The notes under the pieces are model-generated. The model made no database searches. It was not told where the DNA came from and saw only the letters and a program-made list of their open reading frames with translations. A stretch of DNA of 64,000 nt from Octopus sinensis (taxonomy: Eukaryota): positions 9,548,001 to 9,612,000 of the forward strand of contig NC_043013.1 in the NCBI RefSeq assembly GCF_006345805.1, in the 5' to 3' direction. Both the position numbers and the translations under genes were made by a program. The number at the start of each line of letters is the position of its first letter. The first letter of the stretch is position 1. Shown piece by piece: positions 49,850-61,822 of this stretch.

Positions 49850-49880
49850 ATTTATACGCACACATACATATACACATACA

Positions 49881-49954
<74 letters not shown>

Positions 49955-50632
49955 CATGCATACATACATAATACATACATGCATACATACGTACACGCAT
50001 ACGGCGCACACGTAAATACATTTTCCGTAAGATAGTTTAATAACTCCCGGGCGTAAAATACGAAAGAACATAAACTTTATTAAATACCACTATAAAGCAT
50101 TCGTTTTTACACCGTTACACACGCCGCACTATAGACACTGTATAACCAAAACCAAAACCACACCACCCTGCATCGCTCTACACCACACACCTCACTACTA
50201 GACCAATAAATCTTCATCGTATTTAAAATCGAATAGCGTTCGTTTTAAGGGTTCTATAAGATTATTTCATTATCAAATTTCCCAAGATGTCGCCTGTTTT
50301 AAAACGGTTTTTACGCATTTTTCACGTCATGCTTCCACTTCTAAAACTAAAATTTCCTCCACTAAATTGACAACATAAATTTTTAAAAGGCCTCTTAAGT
50401 CATGGAAGCTCGGAATATTTTTGTAGTCGTATGAGTACGGCGGTGCACATGAATGTTTATGTTTGTGCGTATATGTACATGTAATTACAATTGCGTGCGT
50501 GTGTGTGTGTGTGTGTATGTATTTGTGCGAAGGTTTATGTGTGCGTGTGTCAATCAGTGCATGTGTATGTCTCAATAAATCTTCTGTTTATATATATATA
50601 TATATATATATATAGCATATAGCATATGATAT

Positions 50633-50673
<41 letters not shown>

Positions 50674-50680
50674 TATAATC

Positions 50681-50737
<57 letters not shown>

Positions 50738-50738
50738 C

Positions 50739-50769
<31 letters not shown>

Positions 50770-50844
50770 TAGGCAGACCGACAGGTAGATATATAGACAG
50801 ACAGACAGATAGCAGATAGATAGACAAACAGATAGATAATAGAT

Positions 50845-51940
50845 ATGTTTCTTTATAGCCACACAGGGCTGCACCAGATAGAACAAATTACAAGGTAGAG
50901 CTTTTCTTTTGAAGGTATTAAAAAAAAAAAAAAAAAAAAAAGGAAGGGGGAGGTTCGATCAAAAGGGATCGTAAAAGGAGAAGAAAGAGGACAAAAATAA
51001 GGGGGGTTAAAAAAAAAAAAAAGGGGGGGGGAGGAAAAAAAAATGATCAATAGGGATCGTTATCACAGAAATGTCAATATGAAGTGTAAAGGGGAGGAGG
51101 GACAGTGAGGTTTACCGTGGAAAGAAAAGCCTGCGGAAAAGACCACGTAACCTCGGTCATGAAGTCACATTTTATATTTCTTTTTTTTTTTTTTTTTTTT
51201 GCAAATAAGCAACTCTGTTTTCGATTTCTGGGTTCATAGGACTATGCTCAGGTGGCTTCGTCATTCATACGTGCCATTCTTGCTACATTCACCCATCTTT
51301 TTTTAAAACATTCGCTAGACAAAACTTGCCTCTCTACTCTCACTTTCCTTTTCAAGTGGTACTTGAAGAAGTTGATGAGAGATTGACCAGAGAGGAAAGT
51401 GTTTGTCTCAATCCTTTCAGACGCGTCCACCAGATACATTCTTTGCCATAGCCACAAGATGATGAAAATAGCTCTTCCTTCCCGTTTGAGGAAGGAGGAG
51501 GCGTGACAATATTGACGATAGACTCAGCTGATAAACCGACTCGTCCCACACGTGACAGCAGTTGTTCGACATAAGCCCACAGGTCGGAATTGTTGGACAC
51601 TGAACGAGTGCGGCAGAACGGTTTCGTCGCTCTGACCGCATCTCGGGCAGGTCGGCCCCGTGTTCTCGAGCCGGTGTCTGTAGAGCTTATCCCGAACGGG
51701 TAGCGCTTTCGGTAGCACTGCCAGGCCAGGGATCTCGGAAGTTGTCCATGGGCCCTGGCCGAAAGTCGTCCCGAACAGGCGGGTCAGGTACTCCTCGTCG
51801 ACGTCCAGGTTCGCCCCGAGCTCGTCGTCGTACCTCCCCTCCACTAAACCTCTATAGAATGCTTTGGTTGTTGTTGAAGTCACTTAAGGTCGACCCAGGA
51901 CGGCAGAGTTGCTTGAGAGCAACGCGACACTCGCGGCGAA
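50845..51940 (-). mobile_element. 5'-truncated Tx1/L1-like LINE 3' end, bounded by (GATA)n on both sides
   Basis: GC-rich relic ALPVRDKLYRH...CPRC-x8-H-x4-C after repairing a 1-nt deletion, ...KRWVNVARM, then ~400 nt of putative 3' UTR ending ctataaagaaacat-(CTAT)n. Confidence 0.8.
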
Positions 51941-51975
51941 GATAATAGATAGATAGACAGACAAGTAGATAGATT

Positions 51976-52061
<86 letters not shown>

Positions 52062-52064
52062 GAT

Positions 52065-52095
<31 letters not shown>

Positions 52096-52153
52096 GAATG
52101 GATAGACAGACTGACAAGCAGATAGACAGATAGTTAGATAGAGACAGACAGAC

Positions 52154-52221
<68 letters not shown>

Positions 52222-52645
52222 TGAGAGAGAGATGTAGATGCAAACTTACGTAGACACACACACCCACACGAACTCGCAAATTTATGCGTAAGTGTGTGTG
52301 AGTCAAAATTTGTGAGAATGTATCCATTATGTATGTACTTGAACATCTGTGAATCAAACAAAGAGAGAAAGAGGGATGTGTGTGTGAGTGTGTGTGTGTG
52401 CGCGCGCGTGTGTGTGTGAATGTGTGTGCGTGCGTGTGCGTGTGTTTGATAAGAAAAAATAAGAATTTCTATGTTTTATGATATTGCGTTTCTACCAGTG
52501 TTATACATACATATATTCATACATACATACACGCACATACACACACGCACGCACATTCACACACACACACACACACACACATATATACATACATATATTC
52601 ATGCATGCATACATACATGCATGCATACATGCATACATACATACA

Positions 52646-52674
<29 letters not shown>

Positions 52675-52676
<2 letters not shown>

Positions 52677-53085
52677 GGCTGTGTGGTAAGTAGCTTGCTT
52701 ACCAAGCACATAGATCCGGGTTCAGTCCCACTGTGTGGCACCTTCGGCAATGTCTTCTACTAAAGACTCGGGCCGATTTGGTAGACGGAAACTGAAAGAA
52801 GCCTTCGCATGTATATATGTTTGTGTGTGTGTGTGTGTGTGCGTGCGTGTGTGTGTGTGCGTGTGTGTGCGTGCGCGCGTGTGTGTGTACGTGTGTGTGT
52901 GTCTGTGTGTGTTCCCCACCAACATGCTGGTGTGTTTACGTCCCTGTATCTTAACAGTTCGGCAAAAGATACCGGTAGAATACGTCCTGGGGTCGATTTG
53001 CTCGACTAAAAGGCAGTGCTCCAGCATGCCCGCAGTCAAATGACTGAAACATGTAAAAGAATAAAAGAATAAAAGAAAGAAAGAA
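52675..53085 (+). mobile_element. SINE family B
   Basis: Collinear with other copies, with small deletions. Confidence 0.9.
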
Positions 53086-54068
53086 GGAGGCTGCTGTTTG
53101 GAAGTAAACAAATCGTCAAATTAAGAGAAAAATAAGGAAATTATATCCATCCCTCATCAAATATTATACAGATTTCATTCATTTCTTTTAATATGTACAA
53201 TACGTTGAAAAACATTCTACCAAATTGCACAAATGTTGCGCATGTACATGTATTTAAAACTACCAAAATGCACGGTGTCCAAGAATTAACGATCTCTTCC
53301 AATGAAATCGACCAAATTTTAAAAGAACAGAAATTAATGGCTATTATTTTAAGCAAAAGTTGCACATTTACAACATATTTGATAGATTCGTGCAAAAGCT
53401 ACAAAGACGTAAACATAAATTATTCACATTCACTTCGAAACTTCCAGAACAACTATATTTTTCTATAGACATGAAGTGACGCTAACACCCATTGGCCTTT
53501 CGAATTTTTAATTTGTAATTTCGGATTTATCTGGGTGGTGGGTGCACTTCAATCAAGAAGTCCAAGCATGCAGCGTGAATAGGCTAAAGGTGAATTCATG
53601 ATACATCTCAGCAATCTGAATATGAAAGGTAATAACGGAAAATTGTGGAAAACATGAAGTAGAATAATTAATACATCCATATAAAGTATTAAATATATTT
53701 AATGAGACATATATATATATATATATATCGGGCTCTTTTTGCCGAACCGCTAAGTTATGGGGACGTAAACACACCAGCATCGGCTGTCAAGTGATTATAA
53801 TCAAAATGATTATAATCAAAATAAGCAAAAAGTATATCCGAGGTAGAGTGGTACAATTGTTTCATGCTACTTCATTTTATTAAACACTATAAGTATTACA
53901 TCAGTTTTAAAATGTCGAGCAATCTTCAGCCATTTATAGAAATTTTCCAATCAAACGACAATGCACGTTCTTACCTCTATTTCGTTTGCCAACATTATAA
54001 AGACGGTAGATATATAGACAGAGAGGTAGATTTCATTCTTAAGAACATGATAGTAGTAAATTTATTTT

Positions 54069-54372
54069 CAGTTTCCGTCTACCAAATCCACTCACAAGGC
54101 TTCGGTCGGGTTCCTTGGTCAAGTGTTTTTTACTATAGCCTCAGGCCGACCAAAGCCTTGTGAGTAGATTTGGTAGACGGAAACTGAAAGAAGCCCATCG
54201 TATATATGTATGTATATATATATATGTATGTGTGTGGTGTGTGTGTGTGTGTGTGTGTGTTTCTTTGTGCATATGTGTGTGTGTGTATGTTTGTGTATCT
54301 GTGTTTGTTTCCATCCCAACCATGGCCACAATCAAGTGACTGAAACTAGTAAAAGAGTAAAAGAGTAAAAGA
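54069..54372. mobile_element. Rearranged SINE B forming a 41-bp inverted repeat
   Basis: Arms at 54069-54109 and 54146-54186 with 2 mismatches. Confidence 0.85.
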
Positions 54373-54374
54373 GC

Positions 54375-54600
54375 CGGAATAAATGCTGCTGAGCATTTTG
54401 TCCGACTCGCTAACAATTCCACCAACTCGCCGTTTTATATTGATAAATCTTTCTAAGGCAGAAGACCTGAAATATCGGCGGAGTTTTAAGTCGATTACAT
54501 CGACCCCAGTGCTCGACGGGTACCTATATTTGACCGACCTCGGAAGGGCGAAAAGCAAAGTCAGCTTCGGTGGAATTTGAACACAGCACCTAAAGGCAAC
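54375..54600 (-). mobile_element. SINE C fragments
   Basis: gtcgattacatcgaccccagtgctcgacgggtacc...ggaatttgaac. Confidence 0.7.
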
Positions 54601-54680
54601 GATGATGATGATGGAATCTTGGGTTCTTGAGATGGCCGTGTTAAGGGAAACACGTAAACATTTCCACAAACATTTCGCAG

Positions 54681-54809
54681 GCCAGTATTACGTCTTTGGT
54701 GCATTTTAACACATCAAGGATATGAAAGCGAGCTACATGAGAGTAAAACCCAGCCTCTGGAATTCGGCGAGTTATCGAGAAATCTACACCAGACGGAAAT
54801 ACACCACCG
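54681..54809 (+). CDS. Weak candidate internal exon, phase 2-2, 129 nt
   Basis: Acceptor catttcgcag, donor CCG|GTAATG, open frame PVLRLWCILTHQGYESELHESKTQPLEFGELSRNLHQTEIHH. Confidence 0.18.
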
Positions 54810-55504
54810 GTAATGGACATATTTGTATTCCAAGTTTGTTTGCTTTCTTGTTTTTTTAATTAGAAATTCCATTTTGTTAGAATTTTATAACCAGACTTCT
54901 GGTAAATGAAGAATGGATAACTTCCAGATTTCCTGTCAAATCAATGTGTCACCAGATGTGTCTTGATAAACCCAACATCACGAGAAATTTAGAAATCAGT
55001 TCTGTAGACGGGTTGGGTCAACCGGGCACCTCGAATATACTTGGTTTGGAGCTTGCCAAATTGTAAGAAATGTTAAAATATATTCCTCCAAAGCAGAATC
55101 GTTATCGCGCCGAACAAACTGCTTAGCGATATTTCGTCCGTCTTTGCGTTCTAAGTTCAAATTCCGCCGAGCTCGGTCAGCTTTGCCTATAATCTTTTCG
55201 GGGTTGATAAAATAAGTACCAGTCAAGCACTGTGGTCAAACTACTGGCCTTGTGCAAAAACTTGAAACCAATAAATCTCCCTCATACACTTTCTCTCTCT
55301 CTCTCGTTCTTTCTCTCTCTCGCTCTCTGTCTCTCTTCCAGCACATACACACATACACACATACACACAAACACGAACACACACACACATTCTCTTTTGA
55401 AGAAATCAGCCCCTTTAAAACATGGGCACCGTCGGATGCCCTCAATGATGCCTGTAAGGCACTTCAATCAGGAACTGGGATCTAAAGCTACCTCATACAT
55501 TTTC

Positions 55505-56105
55505 TTATCTATTATCTTACTTGTTTCAGTCACTGGACTGCGGCCATGCTGGGGCAACGTCTTGAAGAAGTATTTTAGTCGAACGAATCGACCACAGTAA
55601 TTATTTTTTAAAGCCTGGTACTTATTCCGTCGCTCTCTTTTGCCGAATCGCTAAGTTACAGGGTCGTAAACACACCAGCATCGGTTGTTAAACTATGTAA
55701 AAAAAATCAACACCGGTTGCGTGTATAAATATATAAGTGTGGCTGTGTGGTAAGACGCTTGTTTCCTAACCACATGGTTCCGGGTTCATTCCCACTGCGT
55801 GGCACCTTGGGCAAGCATTTTCTATATAGCCTCGGGCCAACTAAAGCCTTGTGAGTGGATTCCGCTGACGGAAACTGAAAGAAGTCTGCTGTATATATTT
55901 ATGTGTGTGCCTTTGTTTGACCCCCACTATCATTTGACAACCGATGTTGGTGTGTTTACGTCCATATAACCTAATGGTTCAGCAAAAAGAGACCGATACA
56001 ATAACCACTAGGCTTACAAAGAATAAGTCCTAGTGTCGATTTCTTGGACTAGGTTCTGCTCTAGCAGTCATAGGACTGACACAAGTAAAAGAATAAAATA
56101 AAGAA
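55505..56105. mobile_element. Inverted pair of SINE B copies (55505-55700 minus, 55735-56105 plus)
   Basis: The 3' halves of the two copies are in opposite orientation. Confidence 0.8.
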
Positions 56106-56220
56106 TATATATATGCGTGTGTGTGTTTGTGCACATATATATATATGCATATATATAAACACACACACATGTATATATATACATACAACACACACACACA
56201 CACCATATATATATATTATA

Positions 56221-56276
<56 letters not shown>

Positions 56277-56902
56277 CAAAAAGCAATAAAGATTCAAGTC
56301 ATTTTAATGAATTTACTTGAATATGGTACCTAACTTAGATGCACAAAAAACTATACGGTTTAACCATACAGTAATGGGGGTGATTATAAGCGAGAAAGAA
56401 GCAACAAGAATGGATAAGTTTTAGTACAATCGTTTCATACAAAGACAGGCTTTATTAAAAGTTGCAAAAATTGCAGCATATAAACGTGTCCCGAACTCAT
56501 CAGCTAAAATACATGTGAGTGCTCTAGACATCTTAGTGGTTGAGGCTATACTCATGAAGTAATGTAGATAATTAAGTAACATAAACAGATTTCCAAAGTT
56601 CATTAAAGTTCTTTAAAGATCTATATACATATATATAATAATACACTTTAATTGAATGCAGTTTCCCAAAAATTAAACATATCTATTAAAATAAACATAA
56701 ATGTCAGAGTATCACACTTTTTCAACTTTACTCCTAGAGGCCGTAGCCCAGCATATCAAAACATTTTGGAATCAGGCTGACTCCGTGAGTAAATTAAAAA
56801 CATGCCGGGCCGAATCCGGACCTGCAATCCTGAAATTTTGGATTCCTATGTTTTTAGTACTGATATTGTTTTCGGCGATTTTCTTTTTACTTGATTTTTA
56901 GC

Positions 56903-56986
56903 GACAAATATGATCATCATTGGGATATGACTCTGGAGGAAGCAATTGCAACAAATTCTCCAAAACAAGTCAGAGATCTGTTTGCA
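56903..56986 (+). pseudogene. Helitron Rep/helicase fragment
   Basis: DKYDHHWDMTLEEAIATNSPKQVRDLFA fits the Helitron motif D..W..TL.EA.....P.Q.R.LFA, as recalled. Confidence 0.7.
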
Positions 56987-57624
56987 GATCTTCCCATTCA
57001 GAGTCAGTTGCTTAAAAGCTACATACTAGCTTAAAAGCCACCCTAAGCTAGTATATATATGTATATGTATATATAAATATATATAAATGGTAGTAATCTA
57101 TGTATATATAGATATATATAAATGGTAGTAATCTATGTTATTACCCTTTTTTGATTATATTCAAATATTACTTGATAGATTTGTTCGTAACATTTTTTCC
57201 CGGCATGCCCTATATCACCGGGTAGATTTTGCGTCTGCGCAGAGGTTTGAAAAGTTAAGATTTACAAGTTGTTTAGATCATCACATGGTCTAACGCTCTG
57301 CGCATCTCGATTTAACAAAGGCGTCTCGCTGATGAAACCGGCCTTAGCAAACATATTCTGTCTGTTTTGCTAGAAAGAGGTAGAAACTGATCAGTCCAGG
57401 ATATATCGTTAATGGTAAATGTTTTTGATTTTCACTCTCGATGAATTTATCCCTTTTTTGTGTCCCTAGCACTTGGCATCCTTATTTAGGAGCCCTTAAT
57501 TATATTTCTATATAAATAATATTTTTCTATATGAATAATATTTTGTCTAATGACTAATTCGTCTTTTTTGCTGGACCACTCGTAGTAATCTACGTTATTA
57601 CCCTTTTTTGATTATATGTATATG

Positions 57625-57662
<38 letters not shown>

Positions 57663-57666
<4 letters not shown>

Positions 57667-57792
57667 TACTTGGAGAAAAGAAACAAAACGAAACGACGCG
57701 ATGGCGCTCAGTCATACAATAATTTAATAAATAAAATATATGCATACATACATACATATATGTACGTACCTACATCTACATGTATATATACA

Positions 57793-57859
<67 letters not shown>

Positions 57860-58087
57860 TGTGTGTGTGTGAATACAGGACACCACAAATAAACGTAGAA
57901 CACAACGAGAAACGAAAGCATAAAAACAACTAGGAAACGGACTTTTTTTAACAACGAAAAAACAGAGCACAAGACAAACAACACAAGGAATATTCCCACT
58001 CATCAGCAGTCCCTGGATCGACTTGATGCGTGTTTTGAAGGTAAGGACAGAACACGACCCGCCGATCTAATCCTTCCTGCGAAAGAA
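57663..58087 (-). mobile_element. Penelope-pLTR/retrozyme-like unit, copy 1
   Basis: Reverse complement matches 58782-59100; hammerhead-like core at 57995-58056 with G12 changed to A. Confidence 0.7.
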
Positions 58088-58156
58088 GTCCGTTTCCTAG
58101 TTGTTTTTATGCTTTCGTTTCTCGTTGTGTTCTACGTTTATTTGTGATGTCCTGTA

Positions 58157-58194
<38 letters not shown>

Positions 58195-58318
58195 TGTATA
58201 TATACATGTAGATGTAGGTACGTACATATATGTATGTATGCATATATTTTATTTATTAAATTATTGTATGACTGAGCGCCATCGCGTCGTTTCGTTTCTT
58301 TTCTCCAAGTAAGTTTTT
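58082..58318 (+). mobile_element. Same unit, copy 2 (5'-truncated, inverted against copy 1)
   Basis: Near-perfect inverted repeat of 57663-57950, joined through aaagaa microhomology. Confidence 0.8.
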
Positions 58319-58428
58319 TATATATACTTAAGACGCGAACTCTGTAATCCTTTGCTTGACCTTTCTTTCCTTCCTATCTGTCTTCCTCTTTGCCTGTCTC
58401 TCTTTTTCACCCTTTCTGGTTTCCTTTC

Positions 58429-58484
<56 letters not shown>

Positions 58485-58781
58485 TCCTCATATCTCTCAC
58501 TGCCTAGTCGACTACCTACTTCCTTTCACTGGCAGCTTTCTACAAGCCAACACGGCTTTTTTTGCGCTCTGAATTTATCCATCGTCTAGGCTTAAACGAC
58601 AGCCCTTAATGTTTGTTTTTTTTGTCCTGTTTTTATTCTTTATGTGTACTGTATTTTTTTGTATTTGTATTTTTATTTTGTATTTGTAATTGTATTTTAT
58701 TTGTATTGCTTTTACGTCCTGTTCTTGTCACATTTTTTTCTTTCCTTGTTTTTACCCCTCTGCAAAGGAATTTTATTTTAA

Positions 58782-58996
58782 TTCTTTCGCAGGAAGGACT
58801 TGATCGACGGGTCGTGTTCTGTCCTTACCTTCGAAACACGCATTGAGTCGATCCAGGGACAGCTGATGAAGGGGAATATTCCTTGTGTTGTTTGTCTTGT
58901 GCTCTGTTTTTTCGTTGTTAAAAGAAGTCCGTTTCCTAGTTGTTTTTATGCTTCCGTTTCTCGTTGTGTTCTACGTTTATTGTGGTGTCCTGTATT

Positions 58997-59038
<42 letters not shown>

Positions 59039-59100
59039 GCATGTATATATAGGTACGTACATATATGTATGTATGTATGCATATATTTTATTTATTAAAA
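58782..59100 (+). mobile_element. Same unit, copy 3
   Basis: ttctttcgcaggaagga...ctgatgaaggggaatattcc...aaagaagtccgtttcc...gtcctgtattc-(TA)n. Confidence 0.75.
58813..58876 (+). ncRNA. Hammerhead-ribozyme-like motif with non-standard strand order
   Basis: CUGAUGA at 58863-69, GAAA at 58833-36, UU at 58817-18. Stem I 58819-25/58856-62 (7 bp); stem III 58813-17/58836-40 (5 bp); stem II weak (3-4 bp). Confidence 0.55.
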
Positions 59101-59104
59101 TTTT

Positions 59105-59157
<53 letters not shown>

Positions 59158-59386
59158 CTGTAGTGTCTGGGGAGAGTCATTCTCTTTTGGTGCCTTATAA
59201 TTTACACACTCACCGGTAAAATTCCACTTCTTTTTTTTTTCTAATTTTCGTTGCTTCTTGCAATCTTTTCAATGTTTCGAGTCGACGCACCGAAAATTTT
59301 AGAAAAAAAAAAAAAAGTGGAAATTTTACCAGTGAGTGTGTTAAATTATAAGGCACCAAAAGAGAATGACTCTCCAGACACAACAG
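59158..59386. mobile_element. Foldback MITE with ~85-bp inverted arms
   Basis: ctgtagtgtctggggagagtcattctcttttggtgccttataattt...tccact versus agtggaaattttacc...aaattataaggcaccaaaagagaatgactctccagacacaacag. Confidence 0.85.
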
Positions 59387-59451
59387 AATATGCTTCAACA
59401 CACGAACTCACATAAAGAATCTCACAAACCAAATCCAAAACCGAAAATATA

Positions 59452-59483
<32 letters not shown>

Positions 59484-59574
59484 CTATATAATATATAGGC
59501 AAGGTTCTTACCATACAGCCACTGCCGTGCCTATATATATTATATATCTATCTCTATCTGTTAACTGTCTACCA

Positions 59575-59615
<41 letters not shown>

Positions 59616-59788
59616 CCAATCTGTCTATCTATCTATCTATCCATCTATTATTTCTTTTTCACTGTCTTTCAACCTCAATCCTTTCTTCGACATATCTGTC
59701 TTTTTTTTTTTGAGAGGAGGGGGGTCCTTCGCCTCACTTCCATTCTCCACTCCCCGTCTCTAGTCCTCCATTCTCCTTTCTCTCTCTT

Positions 59789-59828
<40 letters not shown>

Positions 59829-60239
59829 TCATTATCTTTCATTGCCTTTCTTACTACTTCCTCCAACCTCATCTCTCCTATCGTCTTGACACATGAACCA
59901 CCAACCCGTTCCGCCACCACCTCGACCAACATCAGCTACACATCACCATCATCACCACCATCATCATAACCACTACTACATCACAACTATCTCCGGCACA
60001 TTTGTTCTCCCTCCTACTTTCCCTCCGCATCTTCCCTCCTCCTACATTCAACACACACCCTCACATATTCTTTTCTCTCGCGCCCCGTTATTCCTCACTT
60101 GCTAACTGACTGACTGGCTGGCTGGCTGGTTTGTCTGCCGGCTGGTTGGTTAGCTTGTTGGTCGGCGGGAACGTTGGTTGGCTGGCCGGCTCATGTCAGT
60201 CAGTCAAACTGAGTGGAATGAATGAACGTCGGCAGTGAT

Positions 60240-60339
60240 GGTGCGAGAGAAAGAGAAAGGCAAAAAAGAGCAAGCTGGGGGGGGGGGTTAAAAAGGGATA
60301 GAGAGAAAGTGAGCGAGGAAGAGAAGAGAGAGAAAGTTT

Positions 60340-60380
<41 letters not shown>

Positions 60381-60792
60381 TAAGAGCTTCAGAATCATTG
60401 ACAAAGGCATTCATACAAATGAATGAGCAGAGAGAGAGGGGGGGGAGAAAAAGTGAGAGAGAGAGTGAGAGAGTTAGAGAGTGAGAGTTAGATGATGGAG
60501 AGAGTGATAGAGAGTGTGAGAGAATGAGAGAGAGTGAGAGAGTGAGAGAGAGAGAGAGAGACAGGCAGACAGACAGAAAGAGAGACAGACAGGGAGGAAA
60601 AACATAAAGAGAGGGAAATGGAGAAATAGAGATCAAAAAGGAGGAAGACGAGAGAAAGAAGACTGAGAGAGAGAGAGAGAAAGAGAAAGAAATTGAATCA
60701 TTTAAAGAAATGGACGAAGCGAGAGGGAAGGAATGAAAGATAGAATGACAGATAGATAGAAAGAGAGAGAGAGAGAGAGAGACACTAATAGA

Positions 60793-60845
<53 letters not shown>

Positions 60846-60877
60846 CGACAGTCATACAGACAGACATACAGACAGGC

Positions 60878-60921
<44 letters not shown>

Positions 60922-60926
60922 GGATG

Positions 60927-60983
<57 letters not shown>

Positions 60984-61140
60984 GTAGATAGATAGATAGC
61001 GAAAGGGGAGAGCAAAATAAGATTCAGAGAGCAGAATCGAGAGAGGGGGAGGGAGGAGAGGGAGAGAGAGAAGGTGAGAGAAGGAGAGACAGACACAAAC
61101 AGAGAGAAAGAGAGTGAAAGAGACAGAGAGATAGCTTGAC
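60240..61140. repeat. ~900-nt polypurine field with (GA)n, (GACA)n and (GATA)n
   Basis: Seen directly. Confidence 0.9.
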
Positions 61141-61149
61141 TGCTCATAT

Positions 61150-61435
61150 CCTAAATCGTTTTGTTCGTTCGTTCGGTGTTACCACAGCGGTCGGCCCTGC
61201 GACGAACCGAAAACATCCATCACAGTTTAGAAGGCAAGCGTGAAAATATTGTCACAAGCGACGGCCGCCATTGAAATCATCATCGCCCTGTTTTTCGCGC
61301 TGTGTCAACTTTTGCATGACGCTTTTTCGCCTGATAAGACAAACCAATGCCCAATCCATCAGAAAAGAGCGTTTTATCTCTAATATTATCTTATGCTCCC
61401 GTCGTCACCAACAACGGATAAACGTGCCGTGGATG
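61150..61435. promoter_or_regulatory. CpG-rich unique island, possibly cis-regulatory
   Basis: Many CpGs, paired CCAAT (accaatgcccaatc), several GATA sites and gccgccatt, set between microsatellite fields. Composition evidence only. Confidence 0.25.
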
Positions 61436-61474
61436 GTAGAGATAGATAGAGATAGATAGAGACTGGCAGATAAC

Positions 61475-61700
<226 letters not shown>

Positions 61701-61789
61701 ATTATACGTATACACACAGATGTATATATAGAAATACAGATAGCTAAATAGACAGTCAGAAAGACAGATAGTTACATACATAACCACAT

Positions 61790-61791
61790 GC

Positions 61792-61822
<31 letters not shown>

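Noticed and set aside
56485-56520. CTGATGA on the - strand
   Set aside because: No GAAA follows the putative stem II; no ribozyme fold.
57322-57372. CTGATGA motif as a further hammerhead
   Set aside because: No correctly placed GAAA and no stems I or III in any strand order.
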